Origin: Candidatus Binatia bacterium
GTDB lineage: Bacteria > Desulfobacterota > Binatia > UBA9968 > JAJDTQ01
DNA: 64,000 nucleotides
Direction of reading: 5' to 3'
Assembly: GCA_963666515.2 (NCBI GenBank)
Contig: OY762897.2
Span: forward strand, 2,688,001 to 2,752,000
Shown here piece by piece: positions 8,882 through 16,719 of this stretch. The notes below the pieces were generated by a model. That model saw nothing but the letters and a program-made list of their open reading frames with translations. It was not told the origin of the DNA and searched no databases. The translations under genes and the position numbers were made by a program. Each line of letters starts with the position of its first letter. Position 1 is the stretch's first letter.

Positions 8882-10474
8882 ATGACGCCCGAGCCCCCCG
8901 TCCAGGTCTACGACCCCGCCCGGAAGTGGCCCGTCACCATCACCCTCTCCCTGGGGATGATCAGCGTCGGTCTGGGCATCACCGGCGTCGACACCGCCAT
9001 CCCGGCGATGATGTCGTCCCTGGGCACCTCGCTCCACCGCATCCAGTGGGTGCTGATCGCGTTCATGATCACCCGCACCGTGCTGATCCCCTGCGTGGGC
9101 TGGCTGGGGCAGCGCATCGGCGACCGCAACCTGTTCATCCTGAGCGCCGCCACCTTCGGCGCGGGTTCCTTCCTGTGCTCCATCGCCTGGGACGTCAACT
9201 CGCTGATCTTCTTCCGCATCATCCAGGGCATGGGCGTGGGGCCGCTCATCGGCGTGTCCATGTCCATCATGTACGAGGCCTTTCCCCGCAACGAGCGCGG
9301 CCTGGCCATGGGGCTGTTCATGACCGGCTGGTCGCTGGGGCCGTTCTTCGGACCTCCCGCGGGCGGCTACCTGGCCCAGTACATAAGCTGGCGGACGATC
9401 TTCTACCTGCCGCTGCCGACGCTGATCCTGGCCGTCATGGCGGCCCTGTTGATCCTTCCCCGGCGGTCCGCGTCCCACAAGCCGTCCGCCTTCGACCTGC
9501 TCGGTTTCCTCACCCTCACCGGCGGGCTGGTGGTGATGCTCCTGGGCCTCACCCAGGGGCAGACGGAGGGCTGGACCAGCCAACGGATCCTGGCGCTGTT
9601 CGGCGCCGCCGGGCTGCTCATCGCGGTCTTCATCATCGCCGAGCTTCGGGCCGAGCACCCCTACGTCCAGATCCGCTATTTCAGGAACCTCAACTTCAGC
9701 ATCTCCAGCATGATCGTGCTGATCCGGGTCATGGGCTTCCGCGGCACCAGCTTCATCCTGAACTTGTTCCTGCAGAAGGCGCTCTTCTACCCGCCCCTGC
9801 AGGCCGGCATCTTCATGCTTCCCGCGGCCGTCGCCGTGGGCATCGTGTCGCCCTTCGCCGGCATGTTGTCGGACCGGTTCGGGCCCAAGATCCTGCTGGT
9901 GACCGGGCTCGTGCTCCTCACGGTGACGCTGTTCAGTCTCGCCAACGTCACCATCTGGACCGGCATGGCCGTGATCTACTTCCTGGTGATCCTCAAGAGC
10001 ATCGGCCAGTCCACCATCAACGCGCCGCTCAACTCCATCGCCCTGGGCGCGCTGCCCGAGGGCGAGTCGCGCATGGGCAGCGGCATCCTGGGCCTCGCCC
10101 GCGGCCTGGGCGAAGCCTTCGGCATCGCCACCCTGAGCTTCCTCCTGGAACGCCACATCTTCTACAAGGTCGAGGCAATGACCCCCGCCCTCGGCGCCCG
10201 CCTGACCGAGAACCTGCGCGACGACGTCATGCTCCAGATCCACGCCCTGCTCCAGCACGCCGGCCAGTTCGGCATCGGCCTGGAGGAGCGCGCACAGTCA
10301 CTGTTGGGATTCAGCCTGCTGAGCGAAGGGGTGACTCTGGCCTACCACCAGCTCTTCGTCCTGATCGGGCTCATGTACCTGGGGCTGGTGGTGATGGTGG
10401 GGTTTCTGAGGACGCGGAGGGGTGAGGAGAAGCCTGCGCTGGGGACAGGGATGGCGGAGGCGAGGACCAACTGA
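8882..10474 (+). CDS. DHA2-family (EmrB/QacA) MFS efflux transporter
   Basis: About 14 hydrophobic segments, RIIQGMG and GPFFGPPAGGYL..ISWR motifs; directly follows the EmrA-like gene. Confidence 0.88.
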   Translation: MTPEPPVQVYDPARKWPVTITLSLGMISVGLGITGVDTAIPAMMSSLGTSLHRIQWVLIAFMITRTVLIPCVGWLGQRIGDRNLFILSAATFGAGSFLCSIAWDVNSLIFFRIIQGMGVGPLIGVSMSIMYEAFPRNERGLAMGLFMTGWSLGPFFGPPAGGYLAQYISWRTIFYLPLPTLILAVMAALLILPRRSASHKPSAFDLLGFLTLTGGLVVMLLGLTQGQTEGWTSQRILALFGAAGLLIAVFIIAELRAEHPYVQIRYFRNLNFSISSMIVLIRVMGFRGTSFILNLFLQKALFYPPLQAGIFMLPAAVAVGIVSPFAGMLSDRFGPKILLVTGLVLLTVTLFSLANVTIWTGMAVIYFLVILKSIGQSTINAPLNSIALGALPEGESRMGSGILGLARGLGEAFGIATLSFLLERHIFYKVEAMTPALGARLTENLRDDVMLQIHALLQHAGQFGIGLEERAQSLLGFSLLSEGVTLAYHQLFVLIGLMYLGLVVMVGFLRTRRGEEKPALGTGMAEARTN

Positions 10475-10518
10475 GCGGGAACCCGCGGTTGATGCAGCCG
10501 CATTGCCAGGAGGCACCC

Positions 10519-11547
10519 ATGAAACGCATCGTCATTTGTGCGGACGGCACCTGGAATCGCCCGGAGAAAGACCTGAAAGAAGATGTTCCCACCAACGTGC
10601 TCCGACTCGCCCGTGCAATCGAGCCGGTTGACGGCAACGACACGCCGCAGCAAGTGTTTTACGACTGGGGTTTGGGTTCGTACCACGATGAGTGGACCGC
10701 CGGGACGACCGGCAAAGGCATTCACAAGAACATCATGGACGGGTACCGTTACATCGTTCAGAACTACTCACCGGGCGACGAGTTGTTCTTCTTCGGTTTC
10801 AGTCGGGGTGCCTACACCGTCCGTAGTCTCTGCGGACTGATCAACAACTGCGGCATTCTCAAACGCCCGGACGCGCGCCTGATACAAAGGGCCTTCAACC
10901 ACTACAAGCGGCCGGGACCTGCCTACGCACCTCAGGGACAAAGGTCGAAAGCATTCCGGAATCGGTACGCCCACGCGTCCAATGATGTTGCGTTCCTTGG
11001 CGTGTTCGACACCGTCGGCGCCCTCGGAATTCCGTTTTCCTTCCTGGGCTTCCTGAACTCCGAGGACGAGTTCCATGACTCGAAGGCGGGTCCAAACGTG
11101 CGGATCGCACGTCATGCCTTGGCCATCGACGAGAAACGTTATGACTTCAAGCCAACCATTTTGCGGCCACGCAGGAACCTCGACTTGAAGCAAGTGTGGT
11201 TCGTTGGATGCCATTCCGACGTAGGAGGAGGCTACAAACCGGACAAGGACGGTTCGCTTTCGGATATCCCGTTGGATTGGATGATTGCTGAAGCCAGAAA
11301 AGCGGGCCTTGCCGTAGAGTCGCACTTACAGAGAGGCTTGAAGCCGAAACCCACTGCTACGCTGCACGATTCCTCCAGTCTCAAGTTTCGTTCCTGGAAA
11401 GACACATGGCGTCCAATAAAGCGTACGGCAGAGATTCACGACTCCGTGCAGCAACGTTGGAATCGAGATCCCAACTACCGGCCCGCAAATCTGGCAAAGC
11501 ACATCCAACAACACGGCGGGTGGAACAACGTGGCAGTCGTCTATTAG
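10519..11547 (+). CDS. DUF2235 (Tle1-like) alpha/beta hydrolase
   Basis: RIVICADGTWN, FGFSRGAYTVR, FDTVGALG, HALAIDEKR, WFVGCHSDVGGG. Confidence 0.88.
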   Translation: MKRIVICADGTWNRPEKDLKEDVPTNVLRLARAIEPVDGNDTPQQVFYDWGLGSYHDEWTAGTTGKGIHKNIMDGYRYIVQNYSPGDELFFFGFSRGAYTVRSLCGLINNCGILKRPDARLIQRAFNHYKRPGPAYAPQGQRSKAFRNRYAHASNDVAFLGVFDTVGALGIPFSFLGFLNSEDEFHDSKAGPNVRIARHALAIDEKRYDFKPTILRPRRNLDLKQVWFVGCHSDVGGGYKPDKDGSLSDIPLDWMIAEARKAGLAVESHLQRGLKPKPTATLHDSSSLKFRSWKDTWRPIKRTAEIHDSVQQRWNRDPNYRPANLAKHIQQHGGWNNVAVVY

Positions 11548-11581
11548 AGCAGGGTATTGGTCCAGCCTCGCCAGTTCGGTT

Positions 11582-11782
11582 TCACATTGTCCGCAACGCA
11601 GCGTCAGGTCTTGAGATTCCGGCGGAACCAGTCGGCAAGATCGGCCTGAGTCGGTAGCCCCCGTCCGGGGCCTCGGTGAGATAGAGCGTATCGCCCTTCT
11701 TCACCTTGAGGCGCGCCATCGCCTCCTTGGTGAGAATGACACCGGGGGATGCACCGACCGTGGTCACTTTGAATGACAGCAT
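11582..11782 (-). pseudogene. Truncated AbrB/MazE/SpoVT-family antitoxin
   Basis: FKVTTVGAS.GVILTKEAMARLKVKKGDTLYLTEAPDGGYRL is an AbrB fold. After GYRL the sequence lacks the acidic helical tail I expect in this family, and no toxin gene follows. Confidence 0.6.
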
Positions 11783-11840
11783 CCGAACCTCTTATATAAT
11801 TACATAATCCCTGAAGGGCCAAGTCGACCGACGACGCTGT

Positions 11841-12173
11841 CTATTGGAGGATGGTGGCGAGCCGGGCAAGTGCATCATCGATGATGTGTTCGGGGACAGC
11901 TTCAAGGCGTCTTCCCTTCCGCGCGAACAGGTCGAGGGTCCGGGGCTGGTCGCAACGGATCACACCGGTGGTGCGGGTTCCTGCGCCCTCGAGAGAAACT
12001 GCAAAGCCACGCCGGCGCGCGAAGCCCCCGCCCGTGGTGATGGGCAAGACGACTGGCGCCCGGGTCAACTCGTTGAAAGGGGCCGGGGAAACGATCAGAA
12101 CCGGGCGGGTACCCTGCTGTTCATGGCCGGCAACGGGATCAAGGCTGACGAGCCAGATGTCGCCCCGTTTCAC
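11841..12173 (-). CDS. pemK: PemK/MazF family endoribonuclease toxin
   Basis: MKRGDIWLVSLDP.AGHEQQG.RPVLIVSP..FN, PITTGG.FAR..GFAVSL, TTGVIRCDQPR closely match PemK/Kid. Confidence 0.92.
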   Translation of the reverse strand: MKRGDIWLVSLDPVAGHEQQGTRPVLIVSPAPFNELTRAPVVLPITTGGGFARRRGFAVSLEGAGTRTTGVIRCDQPRTLDLFARKGRRLEAVPEHIIDDALARLATILQ

Positions 12174-12430
12174 TACAGCAGCTCTTTGCCGACCGGCTTG
12201 GCGTCAATCCAGGCGCGATCCTCGGCGGAAGGGGCTTCGTTTTCGTCGCACTGCGCCAGAAGCTCATCGAGCGAGTAGCGGGGACGGGCCTTGGGCTCGA
12301 TGACGAGGCGACCGTTGTCCACGTCCATATCCACCTTGGCGCCGACGCTGAGATTCAGAAGGTCGAGTAGGGCCGGGGGCACCGCGAGCATGATGGAACC
12401 GCCGACTTTGCGCAGGTTTGTTGTATGCAT
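12173..12430 (-). CDS. pemI: PemI/MazE family antitoxin
   Basis: MHTTNLRKVGGSIMLAVPPALL...GRLVIEP..RPRYSLDELLAQCD; overlaps the toxin start. Confidence 0.92.
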   Translation of the reverse strand: MHTTNLRKVGGSIMLAVPPALLDLLNLSVGAKVDMDVDNGRLVIEPKARPRYSLDELLAQCDENEAPSAEDRAWIDAKPVGKELL

Positions 12431-12443
12431 GGGCACCCTCCAG

Positions 12444-12463
12444 AGTTATACATCCATATAACT
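12444..12463. promoter_or_regulatory. Probable PemIK autorepression operator
   Basis: Perfect inverted repeat AGTTATA-catcca-TATAACT immediately upstream of pemI; resembles the GTTATA-N6-TATAAC symmetry I recall for kis/kid-type operators. Confidence 0.7.
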
Positions 12464-12515
12464 AACAGGGGTCCGCAATGCAACTCCCTTAAGCCGGCTA
12501 TGAGCGAACCCGTAG

Positions 12516-14051
12516 TCACCGCACGTCTTTCGCCGTACGCTCTTCTTTCACCGTGGTCTGGTAACGCACTCCCCTCGGCACCGGCACCGCCTGATGTACC
12601 GTGGTGCCGTGCTTGCCTTCGGTGCGCCGGCTCGCGTCCACGGCGAGGAAGGCGGTGTAGTCGGACATGAGGCGGCCGTACTCCAGCGCGGTCTTCTTGA
12701 TGGCCCCGGCCAGCTCGTCGTGGGGGTCGTGGGTCCAGACCTGGCGGTCCGCGAGATCGGCGATGCGAAGCCGCGCCCAGATGTTCGGGATGAAGGAGTG
12801 AGCGTTTTTGTCGCCGTGGCGGGACACCTCATACTTGACGCGCTGGCCGCCGGCCCGGCCCGACACTTCCGGCTCGGACGGCTCACCCGCGAACTTGCCG
12901 GTGACCACGACGGCGCGGCCGACGAAGAGGTCGGGAAGCCGCTTCGGGTAGACGCCGGTCACCTGCATGTTGCCCCCGGTCCCGGGACCCGTGCGGTCCT
13001 CGTCAATCCTGTGGCTGGACTCGATGGACTCGATGGCCACGCCGGCGTCGAGCTTCACGGTGATGCCGATGTCGTGCCCCGACCGCTCGCCCGGACGCAG
13101 ATAGCGCACGCCGGCGCCGGTGGAAACGGGCTGGACGTGGGAACGCGGCAGCGCGCGCACCGGCTCCCTGGAGCCGGGCGGGTTGTAGCGGGGGCCCACC
13201 ACCGTCGGCAGCACGAACGTGTACCAGCCGTCGCGGTACGCCAGGGAGTGGAAATACCGGATGTTCACGTCGATGCGCTTGCCGGGCTCGATGTTGGCCA
13301 CCTTCTGCTCGAAGACGTTGGGCCGGTGCTGGGTCAGGAGGCTGGCCTGGTAACCCTGGGCACGCGCCTCTCGATAGATGGCCTCGGCTTCCTCCTTCTC
13401 CCTCAGGATGCCGCGTATGCGGCGTTGGCCGATGGTCATGACGAACTCGCTCACCGCCGCCCTCTCGGGCAACGGGAACATGTAGACGGCTTCGATCTTC
13501 TCGTCGAAGGGGTTCTGAAACTGCTGGGTCACGTCCACCGTGCCGTCGTAGCCGGTGACGGCCGCGTGGACCTCGGTGTGCTTGAGGGGCAACGGCACCT
13601 TGGTCTTGTCTTCCCCGTCGGACAGACCGGTCGCCATCAGCGCGCCCGATCCCGGATGGTCCGGCTCTTCGGGTTGCGCCGCGGAAACCGCGGAGCGGCG
13701 CGCGACGATGATCCACAACTCTTCGCCCGGCGCCGGGGAACGCCACGCCGAGAGTTGGGGAGACGCCATGCGAGCATGTATGCCCGCCGGGACGGACGGA
13801 GCCGACAGTGATTGGAGCATCCCTGTGCCCCATGCGCGCTTTGCCCTCACGCGACCACGCTCCATGGCGGCCGGCGCCGGCGGAGACGGCACCCCGGGAA
13901 GCCGCTCCATGACGTCCCCGGGCGAAGTCGGTATGGACGGAACACGCCCCTTCCTGGGGCCGGGTTCCTGGACAGAGCAGGCCCCTGCAATCAACGCCGT
14001 GCACAAGGCGGCCAGGGTCATCCATGAGTTGGCGATACCGGGCTTGTTCAT
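12516..14051 (-). CDS. VIT (vault/inter-alpha-trypsin) domain lipoprotein lacking the usual vWA domain
   Basis: Lipobox LIAGAC; VIT motifs LPLKHTEV, VTQQFQNP..EAVYMFPLP, LLTQHRPNVF..KVANIEPG; C-terminal PDLFVG and MSDYTAFLAVD; no DxSGS MIDAS motif. Confidence 0.8.
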   Translation of the reverse strand: MNKPGIANSWMTLAALCTALIAGACSVQEPGPRKGRVPSIPTSPGDVMERLPGVPSPPAPAAMERGRVRAKRAWGTGMLQSLSAPSVPAGIHARMASPQLSAWRSPAPGEELWIIVARRSAVSAAQPEEPDHPGSGALMATGLSDGEDKTKVPLPLKHTEVHAAVTGYDGTVDVTQQFQNPFDEKIEAVYMFPLPERAAVSEFVMTIGQRRIRGILREKEEAEAIYREARAQGYQASLLTQHRPNVFEQKVANIEPGKRIDVNIRYFHSLAYRDGWYTFVLPTVVGPRYNPPGSREPVRALPRSHVQPVSTGAGVRYLRPGERSGHDIGITVKLDAGVAIESIESSHRIDEDRTGPGTGGNMQVTGVYPKRLPDLFVGRAVVVTGKFAGEPSEPEVSGRAGGQRVKYEVSRHGDKNAHSFIPNIWARLRIADLADRQVWTHDPHDELAGAIKKTALEYGRLMSDYTAFLAVDASRRTEGKHGTTVHQAVPVPRGVRYQTTVKEERTAKDVR

Positions 14052-14065
14052 TACAGCTATCTCCC

Positions 14066-14518
14066 TCACTGGATGTTGAGGTGGACGATGGCCGGGACGG
14101 GCTTGCCCGTGGCGTTGCCCGCGGTGACCAGCCGGAGGACATAGTCGGGCCGGGAATCGCCGGTGAGACGCACGTGCACGGTGGCGATGCGGACCGTGCC
14201 CGCCGGCAGCTCGGCCGCTGGCCGTAACGTGAAATCGGCGACGATGATGCGGTCGGCGCGCCCGTCGTTGACCGCCTTCCGATCGTAGTAGGGCGCCTTG
14301 GCGAACGCCGGGCTGTCACCGTTCTCCACTCCCACCACGCGCATCCGACCGCCCGCTTCCGACAGCTCGAACTGCCACGCCGCCACGGGTTGGGCGGACT
14401 CCAGGTGGACGTCGAGGGCGGCGAACCGGACCTTCATTTCGTCCGCGCGGGACGGGCCGGGCCATGCGGCGGCCCACAGGACCAGGAAGAGCAGGAACTT
14501 GAAGCACCGGCCGTTCAT
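14066..14518 (-). CDS. Secreted beta-rich protein, putative cohesin-like fold
   Basis: Signal peptide; alternating beta pattern LDVHL..VAAWQFEL..MRVVGVENG...G.VRIATVHV; 4-nt overlap with the upstream anti-sigma gene. Confidence 0.5.
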   Translation of the reverse strand: MNGRCFKFLLFLVLWAAAWPGPSRADEMKVRFAALDVHLESAQPVAAWQFELSEAGGRMRVVGVENGDSPAFAKAPYYDRKAVNDGRADRIIVADFTLRPAAELPAGTVRIATVHVRLTGDSRPDYVLRLVTAGNATGKPVPAIVHLNIQ

Positions 14519-14979
14519 AATTTCCCCGCAGAACTGTCCAGCACCACGATGCTGGCGGCCAAGGCGTCGATCCTCGCCTGCACCGCGGCGGTGCGGTTGC
14601 CGCGCTCCATCCGGGCCAGGGCGAACGCGTCGAGTATGTCCACGGCTCCGGAGCCGTCGATGTCGTTGGGGATGCGGGCCACCGTGGCAACCATGAGCTC
14701 AGGGGGATCCACCGGGGTGTACGTCCGCCAGAAAAGGACCCCCACCAGGAGACTCGCGGCCAGACTCCCGGCCATGGCCCAACGACGCTTCGCCGTCGGG
14801 GCACCCCGCGACGGCCGCACCCCGAAATGTACCCTGGCGGCCTCAGCGATGCGCCTGTCCGCCTCCGGCGACAGGACGGCCACGGCCTTGTCCGAACGGG
14901 CGAGGCCCTCGATCAACTCGCCGGGCAGGTCGAGTTCTTCTTCGCCGCTCAGGCTCGTCGTGTCGTCATCGGGCTGCAT
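14515..14979 (-). CDS. Putative single-pass anti-sigma factor with C-terminal dockerin/EF-hand-like motif
   Basis: Follows the ECF sigma gene; helical N-terminus, TM (WAMAGSLAASLLVGVLFW), then DIDGSGAVDILDAFALAR. Confidence 0.65.
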   Translation of the reverse strand: MQPDDDTTSLSGEEELDLPGELIEGLARSDKAVAVLSPEADRRIAEAARVHFGVRPSRGAPTAKRRWAMAGSLAASLLVGVLFWRTYTPVDPPELMVATVARIPNDIDGSGAVDILDAFALARMERGNRTAAVQARIDALAASIVVLDSSAGKL

Positions 14980-15017
14980 GGTTTCACCCCGTTAAGCGCG
15001 CGGCAGCGTGAAAAGGT

Positions 15018-15599
15018 TCAAGGCTTGCCGAAGTCCTTGATCTCGGGGCTTTCCCGCAGCTCCCTGACCGCGGTGTGGAGCCGGGACTTGACGGTGCCCA
15101 GGGGAATGGAAAGGGTGTCCGCGATGTCCTGCAGGGACATGTCGTCGACGAAGCGAAGAAGCAGCACCTCCCGGCGCTCGGCGGGCAGGCGGGCCACGGC
15201 CGCCGACAAGCGCGCGGGGTCACGCTCGGCCGGGTCGTCGACCGCCGGAGCCGGCAGCCGGTCCGGGTCGAACTCCTCGGAACTGTCGATTCGTCCGCGC
15301 TGGCGCAGGGAGTTCAGGGTCAGGTTCTTGGCCACCGGATAGAGCAGCGACCGGAGCTGCGCCGTCAGCACCAGCCCGTCACCGGCCGGGGGAAATTTCT
15401 TCAGGAGATAAAGAAAGGTCTCCTGCAAAACGTCGACGGCCGTTTCCCGGTCGGCGCCGAACCGCAGGGACACGCGCGTGACGTAGTCGCGATGCCGGCG
15501 ATACAGCGTTTCGAAGGCCTGGACCGCCTCATCGCGGTCGCCGCGGTTGCATAGCTCCACGAGTTCCCTGTCGCTGCGTCGATCCCATCCACGTGCCAT
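15018..15599 (-). CDS. ECF-type RNA polymerase sigma factor
   Basis: Region 2 (AFETLYRRH, DVLQETFL) and region 4 (LPAERREVLLLR..MSLQDIADTLSIPLGTVKSRLH). Confidence 0.92.
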   Translation of the reverse strand: MARGWDRRSDRELVELCNRGDRDEAVQAFETLYRRHRDYVTRVSLRFGADRETAVDVLQETFLYLLKKFPPAGDGLVLTAQLRSLLYPVAKNLTLNSLRQRGRIDSSEEFDPDRLPAPAVDDPAERDPARLSAAVARLPAERREVLLLRFVDDMSLQDIADTLSIPLGTVKSRLHTAVRELRESPEIKDFGKP

Positions 15600-15650
15600 G
15601 AAAAGTCCAGTATAGGCATTGCCGGACAGCAGGGAAATTCAATCTCGCCG

Positions 15651-16073
15651 TCACTCATGGAAACCTGACTTTCCGGCCATCCACAGACCGACCTTGCGCA
15701 ACCGCCGAAACCACGGGTAGACGAATCGTGCGCGTTCCGAGCTTGAGCCGACCCATCTGGTCAGCCTGTTGACCCAGCCGGGCTCCGTCGCCATGGCGCC
15801 CAGCACCTCCATGGCCTCGGCTCCCTGGTAACGCCGCCCCTCCAGGACGAGGATCATGCCGTTCTCGATGTCGCACCCGTCCCGCCGAAGCTCCTCCACG
15901 AGTCGGGGCGCCTTCCTGCCGTCGATGAACCGCAGCCGTTCCCCGGCCGAGGTCCTGATCCTGGCCTTCCGCGCATACGTCCGGCAGTAGACGCATTCGC
16001 CGTCGTAGAGCAGGAAGTCGTCCTGCGAGGATGAGGCGGCAGGTCTGTCACGGCCAGTTTCTTGTAGGGTCAA
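15651..16073 (-). CDS. DCC1/DUF393-family thiol-disulfide oxidoreductase
   Basis: LLYDGECVYC motif; TTG start after GAAGGAGG RBS. Confidence 0.75.
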   Translation of the reverse strand: MTLQETGRDRPAASSSQDDFLLYDGECVYCRTYARKARIRTSAGERLRFIDGRKAPRLVEELRRDGCDIENGMILVLEGRRYQGAEAMEVLGAMATEPGWVNRLTRWVGSSSERARFVYPWFRRLRKVGLWMAGKSGFHE

Positions 16074-16293
16074 GAGCCCTCCTTCAACGGTCTCGACAGA
16101 CGTTACATCTGAACCCTGCCTCATATTAATGGAAGCCACCTCAGCGTTCCACGATAAGGGTTGGCAAGTTTCTTGCGGAGGAGGGTCACGAGCTTGTGAG
16201 CGATTCGGAAAGTTGATAGACAAAGATGCCTGGAAGAGAGCCTCCTTGCTCCGTATCCGTGGACGTGGTGAGTCACAAGAAAGAGTTGGCAGG

Positions 16294-16719
16294 ATGCCAA
16301 AGCGTCAAAGCAACAATCCCAAGCGTCGAATCGCTCCGAGGGATGAAACCGAACCGCAGTTTCTGAGCCGAGTTGCCGCCACGGCCGTCTACACCGGTCA
16401 CGCTCAACATAAGAGCAAGCCTGCTGACTACGGGTTTCACCCGCCAGCAAATCCGCGGCCGAACAAATCACTTTGCGACGGCAGCCGAATCATCAAGCTC
16501 GCGGAAGCCACAGCGCTTTTTCGGGAAGGCATCCGGCGAGGCATGATCAGCACGTATCGCGTGGATGGACTGCCGAAGTACGTCTGGGCAGTGGATGCAT
16601 ATGGCCACGTGTACGAGGCGAAGCTCTCAAAGAATAGCCAGAACTACCACGGATACGAGCTTGGCTGCAACGAAAGCGCCATGAAGAAAATTGTCGCCAA
16701 GGAGTGGCCGCTAAGATGA
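16294..16719 (+). CDS. Hypothetical basic protein, candidate nuclease toxin (HK...YHGY)
   Basis: 141 aa, K/R-rich; YTGHAQHKSKP, PKYVWAV, GHVYEA and NYHGYEL; ATGA overlap with the next gene. Confidence 0.6.
   Translation: MPKRQSNNPKRRIAPRDETEPQFLSRVAATAVYTGHAQHKSKPADYGFHPPANPRPNKSLCDGSRIIKLAEATALFREGIRRGMISTYRVDGLPKYVWAVDAYGHVYEAKLSKNSQNYHGYELGCNESAMKKIVAKEWPLR

Noticed and set aside
10519-11547. DUF2235 gene as evidence of a type VI secretion locus
   Set aside because: No vgrG, PAAR, hcp or immunity gene in the window; the family also occurs outside T6SS.
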